From contig JBIKPY010000006.1 in assembly GCA_044357185.1 (NCBI GenBank), positions 4,086-68,085 on the forward strand: a stretch of DNA of 64,000 nt, in the 5' to 3' direction. This stretch comes from Polaromonas sp. Lineage in GTDB: Bacteria; Pseudomonadota; Gammaproteobacteria; Burkholderiales; Burkholderiaceae_C. Below the pieces are notes generated by a model. That model saw nothing but the letters and a program-made list of their open reading frames with translations, ran no database searches and was not told the origin of the DNA. Of this stretch, positions 1 through 10,411 are shown one piece after another (position 1 is the stretch's first letter; every line of letters begins with the position of its first letter). The position numbers and the translations under genes are program-made.

Positions 1-118
1 GCTGCAGGTTTTTCATCGCTTAAAGGTCACCAGGGCGGTTCACACAAAGCGCCTATTGTCAGGCTAAAGAAGCCTTGTTTGCCGGCCCCTTGCAGCCCGG
101 CCATCCTACAATTGCGCC

Positions 119-1165
119 ATGCCTTCACCCATCTACACCCGGGCCCAAGCCCTGCCCGCCTTGCTGCAGCAGCGCATCGCCATCCTCGACGGCGCCATGG
201 GCACCATGATCCAGCGCTTCAAACTCAATGAAGCGCAGTACCGCGGTGAGCGTTTCAAGGACTTTCACAAAGACGTCAAGGGCAATAACGAGCTGCTCAG
301 CCTCACGCGGCCCGATGTGATTCAGGACATTCACGAAGGCTACCTGGCCGCCGGTGCAGACTTGATAGAAACCAACACCTTTGGCGCCACCACCGTGGCC
401 CAGGCCGACTACGACATGGCCAGCCTGGCGGTCGAGATGAACTACGAATCCGCCCGCATTGCCCGCGCCGCTTGCGACAAATTCTCCACCTCCGACAAAC
501 CGCGCTTCGTGGTCGGCGCCCTGGGCCCCACGCCCAAAACCGCCAGCATCAGCCCCGACGTCAACGACCCTGGCGCGCGCAACACCAGCTTTGAAGAGTT
601 GCGCCAAGCCTATTACGAGCAGACCGAAGCACTGGTTAAAGGCGGCAGCGATGTGCTGCTGGTCGAAACCGTTTTTGACACGCTCAACGCCAAGGCCGCA
701 TTGTTTGCCATCGACGAGTACTTTGACAACTCGGGCGAGCGCCTGCCGCTCATCATCAGCGGCACCGTCACAGACGCCTCCGGCCGCATTTTGAGCGGGC
801 AAACGGTGACAGCTTTCTGGCACAGCGTGCGCCACGCCCAGCCGCTGGCCATCGGCCTGAACTGTGCGCTGGGCGCCACGCTCATGCGCCCCTACATTCA
901 GGAGCTCGCCCGCGTGGCCGGCGACACCTTCATCAGCTGCTACCCCAACGCCGGCCTGCCCAACCCCATGAGCGAGACCGGCTTTGACGAAACCCCCGAC
1001 GTCACCAGCCGCCTGCTGCGCGAGTTCGCCGCCGAGGGCCTGGTCAACATCGTTGGCGGCTGCTGCGGCACCACGCCCGAACACATAGGCGCCATCCACC
1101 AGGCCGTCGCCCCTTTGGGCCCACGTACTTTAAGCGCCGGGGTGTTTTACAAAGAAGCGGCTTGA
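119..1165 (+). CDS. metH: Methionine synthase, N-terminal homocysteine-binding (Hcy S-methyltransferase) module of a split MetH
   Basis: [34 protein letters not shown] and GGCCGTTP (Zn ligands) motifs. Confidence 0.95.
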   Translation: MPSPIYTRAQALPALLQQRIAILDGAMGTMIQRFKLNEAQYRGERFKDFHKDVKGNNELLSLTRPDVIQDIHEGYLAAGADLIETNTFGATTVAQADYDMASLAVEMNYESARIARAACDKFSTSDKPRFVVGALGPTPKTASISPDVNDPGARNTSFEELRQAYYEQTEALVKGGSDVLLVETVFDTLNAKAALFAIDEYFDNSGERLPLIISGTVTDASGRILSGQTVTAFWHSVRHAQPLAIGLNCALGATLMRPYIQELARVAGDTFISCYPNAGLPNPMSETGFDETPDVTSRLLREFAAEGLVNIVGGCCGTTPEHIGAIHQAVAPLGPRTLSAGVFYKEAA

Positions 1166-1458
1166 GGCGCTCCTCCTTCTCACTGGCCGCTCTGCAGGCT
1201 GTGCTGCTCGTGGGCATGGCGCTCACCGCCTGTGGCCAGCAGCCCCCGTCGTGGGACAGCCTGCTCTCCGGCAAGATCACCGGCCAGTACCCCGACTACC
1301 GCGTCAACGTGACCGCCCCAGGCCAGCTGCGCATCGAGCGCCCCGGCATGCCGGCGCAAACCGTGGCGGTGGAGCCCATCGCCCAACACTGCCTGCGCGG
1401 CCCCAAAGACTGCAGCTACGCGGTTGAGCAGATGTTGCTGGTGCTGCGCGATCCCTGA
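1162..1458 (+). CDS. Small putative lipoprotein, unknown function
   Basis: TTG start overlaps the metH stop by 4 bp; hydrophobic signal with lipobox LTA-C. Confidence 0.65.
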   Translation: MRRSSFSLAALQAVLLVGMALTACGQQPPSWDSLLSGKITGQYPDYRVNVTAPGQLRIERPGMPAQTVAVEPIAQHCLRGPKDCSYAVEQMLLVLRDP

Positions 1459-1482
1459 TACGCTCCGGTTAAAATATCAACG

Positions 1483-1555
1483 TCCCAAGGAGCGTTGCAG
1501 CTTCGCCCGCGTGCGAAGTCAGGCTTGGGGCTCGATGCTTGCAACCACGCTCACC
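1483..1555 (+). ncRNA. SAH (S-adenosylhomocysteine) riboswitch
   Basis: CCAAG-GAGCGTTGCAG-[hairpin CTTCGC/GCGAAG]-TCAGG-CTTGG...GCAACCACGCTCACC matches the SAH aptamer (P1, P2 and the GAGCG/CGCTC pseudoknot); directly upstream of a metH gene. Confidence 0.9.
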
Positions 1556-1574
1556 TTTGTCCTAAGGTGAGTCC

Positions 1575-4406
1575 GTGTCTTCTTCTCTTATTCCTGCGGT
1601 TCCCCCCATGAAGCTGTCCGGCCTGGAGCCGGTCAGCATTGGTGCGGACAATTTGTTTGTCAACATCGGCGAGCGCACCAACGTCACAGGCTCCAAGGCG
1701 TTTGCCCGCATGATCCTGAATGGCGACTACGAGCAGGCGCTGGCCGTGGCCCGCCAGCAGGTGGAAAACGGTGCGCAGATCATCGACATCAACATGGACG
1801 AGGCCATGCTCGACAGCCAGGCCGCGATGGTCCGGTTTTTGAACCTGATTGCCAGTGAGCCCGACATTGCGCGCGTGCCCATCATGATCGACAGCTCCAA
1901 GTGGAGCGTCATTGAAGCGGGCCTGCGCTGCATCCAGGGCAAGGGCATCGTTAACTCGATCTCCATGAAAGAAGGGGTCGATGCTTTCAAGCAGCAGGCC
2001 AAGCTGCTCAAGCGCTATGGCGCTGCGGCCGTGGTCATGGCCTTTGACGAAAAAGGCCAGGCCGACACCTACCAGCGCAAGGTCGAGATTTGCGAGCGCG
2101 CTTATCGCGTGCTGGTCGATGAAGTGGGCTTTCCGCCCGAAGACATCATCTTTGACCCCAACATCTTTGCCATTGCCACGGGCATTGAAGAGCACAACAA
2201 CTACGCGGTTGATTTCATCGAAGCCACGCGCTGGATCAAGGCCAACTTGCCGGGCGCCAAGGTCAGCGGCGGCGTGTCCAATGTGTCCTTCAGCTTTCGC
2301 GGCAACGACCCGGTGCGCGAAGCGATTCACACCGTGTTTCTGTTCCACGCGATCCAGGCTGGCATGGACATGGGCATCGTCAACGCCGGCATGGTGGGCG
2401 TGTACGACGAGCTCGAGCCGGTGCTGCGCGAGCGGGTGGAAGACGTGGTGCTGAATCGCCGGCCCCGGATACCCGAAGGGGAGCCTTACGTCTCCCCCGG
2501 TGAGCGCCTGGTTGAAGTAGCCGAAACCGCCAAGAGCGGCGCGCGCGACGACAGCCTGAAAAATGAATGGCGCGCGCTGCCGGTGCGCGAGCGCCTGTCC
2601 CATGCGCTGGTGCGCGGCATGAACGAGTTCATCACCGAAGACACCGAAGAAATGTGGCGTGCCATCGAGGCCGACGGCGGCCGGCCGCTGCACGTGATCG
2701 AAGGCCCGCTGATGGACGGCATGAACGTGGTAGGTGACCTGTTCGGCCAGGGCAAGATGTTCTTGCCGCAGGTGGTCAAAAGCGCGCGTGTCATGAAGCA
2801 GGCCGTGGCGCATTTGCTGCCTTACATCGAAGCTGAAAAACTGCTGCTGGAAGCCGCCGGCGACGATGTCAAGACCAAGGGCAAGATCATCATCGCCACG
2901 GTCAAGGGCGATGTGCATGACATCGGCAAGAACATCGTCACCGTGGTCTTGCAGTGCAACAACTTTGAAGTCGTCAACATGGGCGTGATGGTGCCCTGCC
3001 ATGAGATCCTGGCGCGCGCCAAGGTCGAGGGCGCCGACATCGTCGGCCTGTCGGGGCTGATCACGCCCAGCCTGGAAGAGATGCAGTATGTCGCCGCTGA
3101 GATGCAAAAGGACGACCACTTCCGCATCAAGAAAATCCCGCTCATGATTGGCGGCGCCACCACCAGCCGCGTGCACACGGCGGTGAAAATTTCGCCGCAC
3201 TACGAAGGCCCGGTGGTCTATGTGCCCGACGCCTCGCGCAGTGTCAGCGTGGCGCAAAGCCTGCTGTCAGACCAGGCGTCCAAATACATTGACGAGCTCA
3301 ACGCCGACTACGTGAAAGTGCGCGAGCAGCACGCCAACAAAAAGCAAACGCCCATGTGGCCTATTGCCAAGGCGCGCGCCAATGCCACGCGACTCGACTG
3401 GACGCATTACACGCCGCCGGTGCCCAAGTTCATTGGCCGGCGCGTGTTTAAAAACTTTGACCTGGCCGAGCTGGCGCAGCACATCGACTGGGCGCCCTTC
3501 TTTCAGACCTGGGACCTGGCCGGGCCTTTCCCGGCGATTTTGAAAGACGAGGTAGTGGGCACCGAGGCCGTGCGCGTGTATGCCGACGCGCAGCGCATGC
3601 TCAAGCGCCTCATTGAAGGGCGCTGGCTGGCAGCCAACGGCGTGATGGCCTTTTACCCGGCCAACAGCGTGGGTGACGACATTGAGATCTACACCGACGA
3701 GAGCCGGCGCGAAGTGGCCATGGTCTGGCACGGCCTGCGCCAGCAGACCGAAAAAACCGCAGTGGCCGGCGCAGACGGCAAGCTGCACATGCGTCCCAGC
3801 CGCTGCCTGGCTGACTTTATTGCGCCCAAGACCTTGAACGCTGAAACCAAGGCCGTGCGTGCAGGCCATGCCGGTGCCGAAGGGCACAACAGTTTCATGC
3901 TGCCCGACTACATCGGCCTGTTTGCAGTGACAGCCGGCATCGGCGCCGAGAAAAAAGAAAAGTACTTTCAGGACGACCATGACGACTACTCGTCCATCAT
4001 GCTCAAGGCCCTGGCCGACCGCCTGGCCGAAGCTTTTGCCGAGAGCCTGCACCAGCGCGTGCGCCAAGACCTGTGGGGCTATGCGCCTGATGAATCGCTC
4101 ACGCCCGAAGAACTCATCGCCGAAAAATACCGCGGCATCCGCCCTGCGCCCGGCTACCCGGCCTGCCCGGACCACAGCGTCAAGCAAGCCATGTTCGAGC
4201 TGCTCAAGGCCGACGAGATCGGCATGGCTCTGACCGAAAGCCTGGCCATGACACCGGCGGCCAGCGTCAGCGGCTTTTACCTGAGCCACCCCGACAGCGC
4301 CTACTTCAATGTCGGCAAGATCGGCGACGACCAGGTGCACGAGCTGGCCAAGCGCCGCGGCGTCAAGGTCCAAGACCTCGAGCGCTTGCTGGCGCCGAAT
4401 TTGTAA
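1575..4406 (+). CDS. metH: Methionine synthase, pterin-binding + cobalamin-binding + AdoMet-activation modules (start may be ATG 1608)
   Basis: [21 protein letters not shown] (B12 DxHxxG), [23 protein letters not shown]. Confidence 0.97.
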   Translation: MSSSLIPAVPPMKLSGLEPVSIGADNLFVNIGERTNVTGSKAFARMILNGDYEQALAVARQQVENGAQIIDINMDEAMLDSQAAMVRFLNLIASEPDIARVPIMIDSSKWSVIEAGLRCIQGKGIVNSISMKEGVDAFKQQAKLLKRYGAAAVVMAFDEKGQADTYQRKVEICERAYRVLVDEVGFPPEDIIFDPNIFAIATGIEEHNNYAVDFIEATRWIKANLPGAKVSGGVSNVSFSFRGNDPVREAIHTVFLFHAIQAGMDMGIVNAGMVGVYDELEPVLRERVEDVVLNRRPRIPEGEPYVSPGERLVEVAETAKSGARDDSLKNEWRALPVRERLSHALVRGMNEFITEDTEEMWRAIEADGGRPLHVIEGPLMDGMNVVGDLFGQGKMFLPQVVKSARVMKQAVAHLLPYIEAEKLLLEAAGDDVKTKGKIIIATVKGDVHDIGKNIVTVVLQCNNFEVVNMGVMVPCHEILARAKVEGADIVGLSGLITPSLEEMQYVAAEMQKDDHFRIKKIPLMIGGATTSRVHTAVKISPHYEGPVVYVPDASRSVSVAQSLLSDQASKYIDELNADYVKVREQHANKKQTPMWPIAKARANATRLDWTHYTPPVPKFIGRRVFKNFDLAELAQHIDWAPFFQTWDLAGPFPAILKDEVVGTEAVRVYADAQRMLKRLIEGRWLAANGVMAFYPANSVGDDIEIYTDESRREVAMVWHGLRQQTEKTAVAGADGKLHMRPSRCLADFIAPKTLNAETKAVRAGHAGAEGHNSFMLPDYIGLFAVTAGIGAEKKEKYFQDDHDDYSSIMLKALADRLAEAFAESLHQRVRQDLWGYAPDESLTPEELIAEKYRGIRPAPGYPACPDHSVKQAMFELLKADEIGMALTESLAMTPAASVSGFYLSHPDSAYFNVGKIGDDQVHELAKRRGVKVQDLERLLAPNL

Positions 4407-4427
4407 AAGCTAAAGAAGAAAGCGCGC

Positions 4428-4691
4428 ATGAGCCGTTTGGGCCTGACCCGCGACAAGATTTACAAAACCGTCGCCCGCCAGCTGCACGGCGTGGTGCCGT
4501 GCTGGGTGTGCGGCCAGCACGTGCTGCCGGCTGCCGCCACGCTGGAGCACATCGTGCCCCTGAGCGAAGGCGGCAACTCGCACCAGGCCAACCTGGCCAT
4601 CAGCCACGAAGTGTGTAACGGCCAGCGCCACGCCAAAGGGCGGGTGATCGAGGCACAAGCTGCCCAAGGTCAGGTCGCACGCGCTCTTTGA
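4428..4691 (+). CDS. Small stand-alone HNH endonuclease-family protein
   Basis: CWVC...TLEHIVPLSEGG...NLAISHEVCN (beta-beta-alpha-Me HNH pattern). Confidence 0.8.
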   Translation: MSRLGLTRDKIYKTVARQLHGVVPCWVCGQHVLPAAATLEHIVPLSEGGNSHQANLAISHEVCNGQRHAKGRVIEAQAAQGQVARAL

Positions 4692-4704
4692 CGCAAGCCG
4701 GCGT

Positions 4705-5703
4705 TTAGTCGGCCGTGATGTTGTTGTCGCGGATGGCCTTGCCATAACGCGCCAGCTGTTCACGCACCAGGCTGGTCAGCTCTGCGGGGGTGGTGCCGTC
4801 ACGCTTGAGACCCAGGCCGGCAAAGCGCTCTTTGATCGACGGGTCGGCCAGTGCTTTGACGACTTCGCGATGCAAGCGGTCCTGAATTTCTTTGGGCGTG
4901 CCTTTGGGTGCTGTCAGCGCAAACCAGGTGCTGAAATCAAAGCCCTGAATGCCCTGCTCCTTGAGTGTGGGCGAGTCGGGGTATTCAGGCTGCCGGCTGT
5001 CGGTCATCACGCCAATCAGGCGCAGTTTGCTCGCCTTGGCCAGCGCGGCCACGGTGGCGATGCCCTGGAACGTCACGTCAACCTGGCCGCCCGCCACATC
5101 CAGCGCGGCCTGGCTGGCACCCTTGTAAGGCACATGCTTCATATCTATGCCGGTGTGGGCCGCGAACAGTGCTGCGCCCATGTGCTGCGGGCTGCCACTG
5201 CCACCTGATGCATAAGTGATGCGGCCTGGCGCGGCTTTGGCGGCAGCTACCAACTCGGCGGCTGTCTTGTACGGCGAGTTGGTGCCCGCCGCGATGCTGA
5301 ACTCAATGGTTGCCACCTTGGAGATGTGGGTGAAATCCGTGACGGGGTTGAACGGTGTGTTTTTGTTCAGGTTCGGTACCATGGTCAGAACACTGTCGTT
5401 GAAGCCACCGATGGTGTAACCGTCGGGTGCTGCCTTGGCCAGCCTGTCGGCACCGATGATGCCGGAGGCGCCCACAATGTTTTCGACCACGATGGACTGA
5501 CCCATGTTCTCGGCCATTTTTTGGGCCAGCAAGCGGGCTGCTACGTCCACCGCGCTACCGGCTGCCAGCGGAACAATCATGCGGATCGGCTTGTTGGGGT
5601 AGCTGCCTTGGGCCTGGGCCGGTGCGGCCAGGGCCAAGCCGGCCATGGCGGCCAGCGTGACCACGAGGCGTCGTTTGCTAAAGGTGGGGGCGTTGAGTTT
5701 CAT
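4705..5703 (-). CDS. Bug/TctC tripartite tricarboxylate transporter substrate-binding protein
   Basis: Signal peptide, YPNKPIRMIVPLAAGSAVD, VENIVGASG, MKHVPYKG; ATG at 5703 preceded by GGAG RBS. Confidence 0.93.
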   Translation of the reverse strand: MKLNAPTFSKRRLVVTLAAMAGLALAAPAQAQGSYPNKPIRMIVPLAAGSAVDVAARLLAQKMAENMGQSIVVENIVGASGIIGADRLAKAAPDGYTIGGFNDSVLTMVPNLNKNTPFNPVTDFTHISKVATIEFSIAAGTNSPYKTAAELVAAAKAAPGRITYASGGSGSPQHMGAALFAAHTGIDMKHVPYKGASQAALDVAGGQVDVTFQGIATVAALAKASKLRLIGVMTDSRQPEYPDSPTLKEQGIQGFDFSTWFALTAPKGTPKEIQDRLHREVVKALADPSIKERFAGLGLKRDGTTPAELTSLVREQLARYGKAIRDNNITAD

Positions 5704-5746
5704 GAAGTCTCCTTTGGTTTTTAAACGGGGTTGGGCCGTCAGGCCG

Positions 5747-6862
5747 TCAAACTGAAAGGCCCAGGACGCGAATGGCATTCTCACCAAGGATGGCGAGCCG
5801 GTCATCGTCGTTGAGTTCGGGCGTGGCCATCACATGGCCCACAGGGTCTTCTTCCCAGGGGATGGGATGGTCGGTACCAATCATGATCTGGGCTGTGTCC
5901 ACTTCGGCTGCCAGGTGGCGCAGCGCCTCACCGGTGAACACCAGCGAGTCAAAGTAAATCTGGCGCAGGTACTCGGTGGGCTTTTTCTTGAGCACGATGT
6001 CCGGGTTGCAGTTCTGCGGCGAGACAAAGCAGCCGCGGTCCATGCGCGGCGCATACGAGCCCAGAAAGCCGCCACCGTGCGCACCCAGCACTTTGAGCTC
6101 GGGAAACTTGTCGAACACACCTTCGAAGATCAATTTCTGAAGCGCAATCGTCGTGTCCAGCGGATTGCCGATCACATTGGACAGCCAGCCATTGCCCTTG
6201 AGCCGGGCCGCCAGCTCGGGCGTGCTCTGCGGATGAATGAACAGCATCACGCCCAGCTCTTGCGCCTTGGCCAGCACGGGGTGGTAGACCGGGTTGCTGA
6301 AGTCATCGCCGGCCACGCTGCCGCCGATGGCCGCGCCCTTGAGCCCATACTTCTTGACGGCCTCATCGAGCATCTGCACGGCCAGGTCGGGGAACTGCAT
6401 GGGCAGCGAAGCAAAGGCCGACAGACGCTTCGGGTGATTGGCACACAGCTCGGCGAAGCTTTCGTTGTGGATGCGGCAAATCGCCTCGGCAGTCTCGCGG
6501 TCTTTTTTGTACCAAAAGGGATTGATGCTCAGCACCTGCAAGTCGATGCCCATGCGGTCCATGGCTTCGAAGCGGGCGTCGAGCTGCTGCGCCATTTGCA
6601 GGAAATGCTCAGGCACCCCTTTGACCGGCGGCAAAATTCCTTTGGCGTCGGCACCCATCAGGTCCAGACCGGCCTGGAAATAGCAGTGCGCATGAGCGTC
6701 CACCGTTCGCGCGCGCTTGCCGCGAATGATCACCGGCGCGCGGCGCGTAGCGGTGCTGCCGCCGCCCCCGCCCGGCACGATGGGCAGGCCCGCGCAGCTG
6801 CAAAACCAAAAGCCGTTGCAGCCTTGTGCGTGTGAGTTGGATGAAAGCCAGTTCTTGATCAT
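5747..6862 (-). CDS. Amidohydrolase_2-family protein (ACMSD/decarboxylase/hydratase-like)
   Basis: VDAHAH (HxH), FIHP, HGGG, YFDSL and IGTDHP metal-binding motifs. Confidence 0.88.
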   Translation of the reverse strand: MIKNWLSSNSHAQGCNGFWFCSCAGLPIVPGGGGGSTATRRAPVIIRGKRARTVDAHAHCYFQAGLDLMGADAKGILPPVKGVPEHFLQMAQQLDARFEAMDRMGIDLQVLSINPFWYKKDRETAEAICRIHNESFAELCANHPKRLSAFASLPMQFPDLAVQMLDEAVKKYGLKGAAIGGSVAGDDFSNPVYHPVLAKAQELGVMLFIHPQSTPELAARLKGNGWLSNVIGNPLDTTIALQKLIFEGVFDKFPELKVLGAHGGGFLGSYAPRMDRGCFVSPQNCNPDIVLKKKPTEYLRQIYFDSLVFTGEALRHLAAEVDTAQIMIGTDHPIPWEEDPVGHVMATPELNDDDRLAILGENAIRVLGLSV

Positions 6863-6870
6863 GTTGGGGT

Positions 6871-7353
6871 TCAGGTATTTGAATTCGTTGTGGCGGCTGC
6901 CCGCTCAATGGCCCGCACCATGCGGGTTTGAGCGCCGCAGCGGCACAGGTGTTTTTCGAGGCTCTGCACGATCTCGTCGCGGCTGGGCTGCGGATTGCGC
7001 TCTAACAGCGCGCAGGCCGAGGTGATGATGCCGGCCACGCAATAACCGCACTGGGCGGCGCGTTCTTCGATGAAAGCTGCTTGCACGGCATGCGGTTGGG
7101 CTGGCGTTCCCAGACCCTCGAGCGTGGTGACCTGCCGCCCCAGCACGGACCAGACCGGCAGGTTGCAAGCTGTCTGGGGCTGGCCGTCCACCAGCACCAT
7201 GCAAGCGCCACACTCGCCCTGGCCGCAGCCGAACTTGGGGCCGCTCAGGTTCAATTCATCGCGCAGTACAGAGAGCAAATTGGTCTTGTCATCGCCGTCA
7301 AATTGCACGGGCTGTTGATTGACATGGAACATGGTTTTAGGGGGATTGCTCAT
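6871..7353 (-). CDS. 2x[2Fe-2S] small subunit of a molybdenum hydroxylase (CoxS/IorA/NicA-like)
   Basis: GPKFGCGQGECGAC, QCGYC, HLCRCG. Confidence 0.95.
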   Translation of the reverse strand: MSNPPKTMFHVNQQPVQFDGDDKTNLLSVLRDELNLSGPKFGCGQGECGACMVLVDGQPQTACNLPVWSVLGRQVTTLEGLGTPAQPHAVQAAFIEERAAQCGYCVAGIITSACALLERNPQPSRDEIVQSLEKHLCRCGAQTRMVRAIERAAATTNSNT

Positions 7354-9557
7354 ACGGACTCCGCAGCATGAACGGCGCGCAACAAGGTGTCGGCAGTCAA
7401 GGGCAATTCCCGCACCCGAACACCCAGGGCATCGTGCACGGCGTTGGCCAGTGCGGCTGCTACCGGCCCCTGTGCGGCCTCGCCGGCACCCACGGATGGT
7501 TCATCGGGGCGGTCGATCACATGCACCGTGACCTTGGGCACTTCACTGAAACGCATCACCGGGTAGCTGAGCCATTCGTCGCTGGTGATGGCCTCGCGGT
7601 TGAAGGTGACGCGTTCCTTGAGGGTACAGCTGGCGCTCTGGATGGCGCCGCCTTCAATCTGGTTGATCACGCCATCCAGGTCCACCACCATGCCGACATC
7701 GACCGCCAGATCCAGGTTGAGCACCCGCACCTCTTCGTCCACTCGCACGCGCGCAATCACCGCGCACCAGGCACCGGTATTTTTATAGCGCGCCCAGGCC
7801 AGCCCGTGGCCGATCCCCTCGGGCTCTTCGGCGCGGCGGTGCCACCAGCTGGAACGCTTCACCACGGCGTCTAGCAGGGCCAGTGCGCGCGGGTCGTCCA
7901 GATGCCGCTTTCGAAAGGCCAGCGCATCTTGACCGGATAGATGGGCCAGCTCGTCCATGAAAGACTCGATAGCAAACACATTGGCATAAGCCCCCAGTGC
8001 ACGCATGGCTGAGGTCCGCAGCGGCGCCACCGTCAAGCGGTGGTTGAGCACCTTCAAATGCGGCAATGTGTAGGCCGGCACGGCATTGCGCTCAGCCCCG
8101 CCGCCCGCCGCCAGCGGTGGGTTGATGGGCAGCGGCAGCGGCGTTGCGTCGGCGCGCTCACTGGCTGCCAACAAAGCCGGCGTGAGGGCGCGGCCGGGGC
8201 GCGAGCTGTAGCCATTGGCCCACAACTCGTGATGCCAGTGGGTGATCTGGCCCGTCGCGTCGCATCGGGCCTTGAGCATGGCACGGTGTGCCGAACCCAA
8301 AGGGCTGTGCGTCAACTCGTCGGCACGCGACCACAGCACGCGCACCGGCTGGCCGGGACAGCGCAAGGCCATCAGCACGGCATCAAAAGCCACATCGTCA
8401 GCGCCGTTGTGGCCATAGCAGCCGGAACCCTCGACGTGGTGAATCAGGATGTAGGCTTTGGCCACCGGCACAGCTTCTTTAGCGAGGGCCTTGACGATAT
8501 CGTCGCGCAAATTGTGAATGCCCTGGCTGTGCGTCCAGACCTGCAGTTGGCGGCCGTCCCACTGCGCCAGTGCGCACGAAGGGCCGACGGAGGCATGCGC
8601 CAGATAAGGCTTGAGGTAAACCGCCTCATGATGCAGGCCGTCAGCGGGCCATTCGGCATCACCCCGCTCCACCGTCACCGTGGTCTGGTGAGGGGCGGAG
8701 GTCAGGAAACTGCCCAGATCGTGCATGTCGGGCAAGGGCGCGCCGGCGCGCCACTCAACCAGGCCGGCCAAGCGGGTAGCTGCCGCATCGGCATCGCGCT
8801 CTGAGTCCGCCACCACGGCCACAAAGCGGCCGTCGGCCCACCAGCGTGCACCCGCCGGCAGCGCGACCGCCGCCGCATCGGGCAGGCGGGCCAATGTGGC
8901 ATCTGGCGTAGCGGGTCGCAGCACGCGCCCATGCAGCATGCCGGGCAGCCGCAGATCATGAATGAAGCGGGCCTGGCCAAACACTTTGTCGGCCAGGTCC
9001 AGCCGCGGTGTGCTTGCCTGTCCCAGCAGGCGACGCTCAGCCGCCGCCTTGGGGCGCGCAGTGCCCGCACACTCGATGTCCAGGTTGATACCCCGCAACA
9101 GCGTCGCGTAGTCACCAAGGTCAAGCCCTTGCGCCGATCGAAAGCGCCCATGGCTCACTGTGATCGTGTGGGCCGGCTGGCCTGCCATCGCTGCGGCGCG
9201 CAGCAAGGCCATCGCCCGCACCTCGGCGCAAGCTTGGCGCAATGCGCTGCCGCTGTCTTGCACCGACAGGCTGCCGGAGGTCATGCCTTCATCGGGGCCG
9301 CGTCCGGTGCTGGCGCTGCACACATGCACAGCCGACAGCGGCATGTCCAACTCTTCAGCAGCCAGCAGTTGCAAAGCGGTCAGGATGCCCTGGCCGAGCT
9401 CGACCTTGCCGGTGAACACCTGCACCAGGCCTGGCTCGCCAAAGGCCAGCCACTGCGACAGACGGCGGTTGGTATGCAGACTGCCCGGCAATGGGGCTTG
9501 GCCGTCCTGACGGTCAACGATGAAACCGCGGGGCTGAGGCGTTGAAACATTGGTCAT
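7350..9557 (-). CDS. Molybdopterin-binding large subunit, xanthine oxidase family (IorB/NicB-like)
   Basis: GKVELGQGI, AEELD, GSGCYG, MRALG, GAGE (catalytic Glu); stop overlaps the small-subunit start. Confidence 0.92.
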   Translation of the reverse strand: MTNVSTPQPRGFIVDRQDGQAPLPGSLHTNRRLSQWLAFGEPGLVQVFTGKVELGQGILTALQLLAAEELDMPLSAVHVCSASTGRGPDEGMTSGSLSVQDSGSALRQACAEVRAMALLRAAAMAGQPAHTITVSHGRFRSAQGLDLGDYATLLRGINLDIECAGTARPKAAAERRLLGQASTPRLDLADKVFGQARFIHDLRLPGMLHGRVLRPATPDATLARLPDAAAVALPAGARWWADGRFVAVVADSERDADAAATRLAGLVEWRAGAPLPDMHDLGSFLTSAPHQTTVTVERGDAEWPADGLHHEAVYLKPYLAHASVGPSCALAQWDGRQLQVWTHSQGIHNLRDDIVKALAKEAVPVAKAYILIHHVEGSGCYGHNGADDVAFDAVLMALRCPGQPVRVLWSRADELTHSPLGSAHRAMLKARCDATGQITHWHHELWANGYSSRPGRALTPALLAASERADATPLPLPINPPLAAGGGAERNAVPAYTLPHLKVLNHRLTVAPLRTSAMRALGAYANVFAIESFMDELAHLSGQDALAFRKRHLDDPRALALLDAVVKRSSWWHRRAEEPEGIGHGLAWARYKNTGAWCAVIARVRVDEEVRVLNLDLAVDVGMVVDLDGVINQIEGGAIQSASCTLKERVTFNREAITSDEWLSYPVMRFSEVPKVTVHVIDRPDEPSVGAGEAAQGPVAAALANAVHDALGVRVRELPLTADTLLRAVHAAESV

Positions 9558-9849
9558 AGAGTCTGTTGGCCCGGTAACGAAAGCTCAGTACGGCATACTG
9601 CAATAGGAACGCCCACTGAAATTTAAGGTGAAGCAAGGCCGGTTGCTTGTCTGCATTCACCACTTTGGTGATGGTGGAAAAGTTTTTTCATTCTAAATTC
9701 AACTCGAGCCGGGTCCAATACTGAATGCGTCCATCGCCATACCAAGATGAAATGGACACGGATCGGGTAAACCCTCGCTGCAACAGCCCGGTTTAAATGG
9801 AGAGCGGCACAACCTGTAAGGTGATGCGCTACACGCTACAATAAAACCA

Positions 9850-10128
9850 ATGATCAGAAGCTTCCGACACAAAGGTCTGCAGCGTTTTTTTGAGACCGGC
9901 AGCAAGGCGGGTATTCAGGCCGCGCATGCAGCCCGTTTACGCCTTCAGTTGGCAGCACTTGATCAGGCGGTAAAGCCGGAAGACCTGTCTGCTCCGGCGT
10001 GGGCGTTGCACCCCTTGAAGGGTGACCTGAAAGGCCATTGGGCGATTACCGTCAACGGAAACTGGCGCATGGTGTTTGCGTTCGAAGGAACGGACGCTGT
10101 GCTTGTAGATTACCGCGACTACCATTGA
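9850..10128 (+). CDS. higB: HigB toxin (RelE/ParE superfamily)
   Basis: MIRSFRHKGL..., LHPLKGDLKGHWAITVNGNWRMVF, VDYRDYH; toxin-first order. Confidence 0.93.
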   Translation: MIRSFRHKGLQRFFETGSKAGIQAAHAARLRLQLAALDQAVKPEDLSAPAWALHPLKGDLKGHWAITVNGNWRMVFAFEGTDAVLVDYRDYH

Positions 10129-10135
10129 GGCGCAT

Positions 10136-10411
10136 ATGACACGCATGCACAATCCCCCGCACCCCGGGGAAGTCCTTCGGGAATATTTGGGTGAAGTCAC
10201 TGTGACCGAGGCCGCGGTGAAGCTGGGCGTTAATCGCGTCACGCTGTCCCGCGTGGTCACACAATCGGCAGGTATTTCTGCTGACATGGCCTGCCGGCTG
10301 GCGCAGGCCTTTGGCACCAGCCCCGAGCTTTGGGCCGGCATGCAGATGCAGTACGACCTTTACCAGGCTGGCAAAGTGAAGCGCCCAAAGATTGAGCGGC
10401 TGGTGGCTTGA
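10136..10411 (+). CDS. higA: HigA antitoxin (Xre HTH)
   Basis: MHNPPHPGEVL, HTH, GTSPELWAGMQMQYDL. Confidence 0.93.
   Translation: MTRMHNPPHPGEVLREYLGEVTVTEAAVKLGVNRVTLSRVVTQSAGISADMACRLAQAFGTSPELWAGMQMQYDLYQAGKVKRPKIERLVA

Noticed and set aside
1551-3257. Long antisense ORFs (e.g. 568 aa opposite metH; also 14170-15546, 49776-51167, 61763-63535 and many others)
   Set aside because: Shadow frames of high-GC coding genes with no recognisable motifs; they fully overlap well-supported genes on the other strand.
9699-9905. 68-aa minus-strand ORF upstream of the Mo-hydroxylase
   Set aside because: It overlaps higB and its promoter on the other strand and has no recognisable motif.
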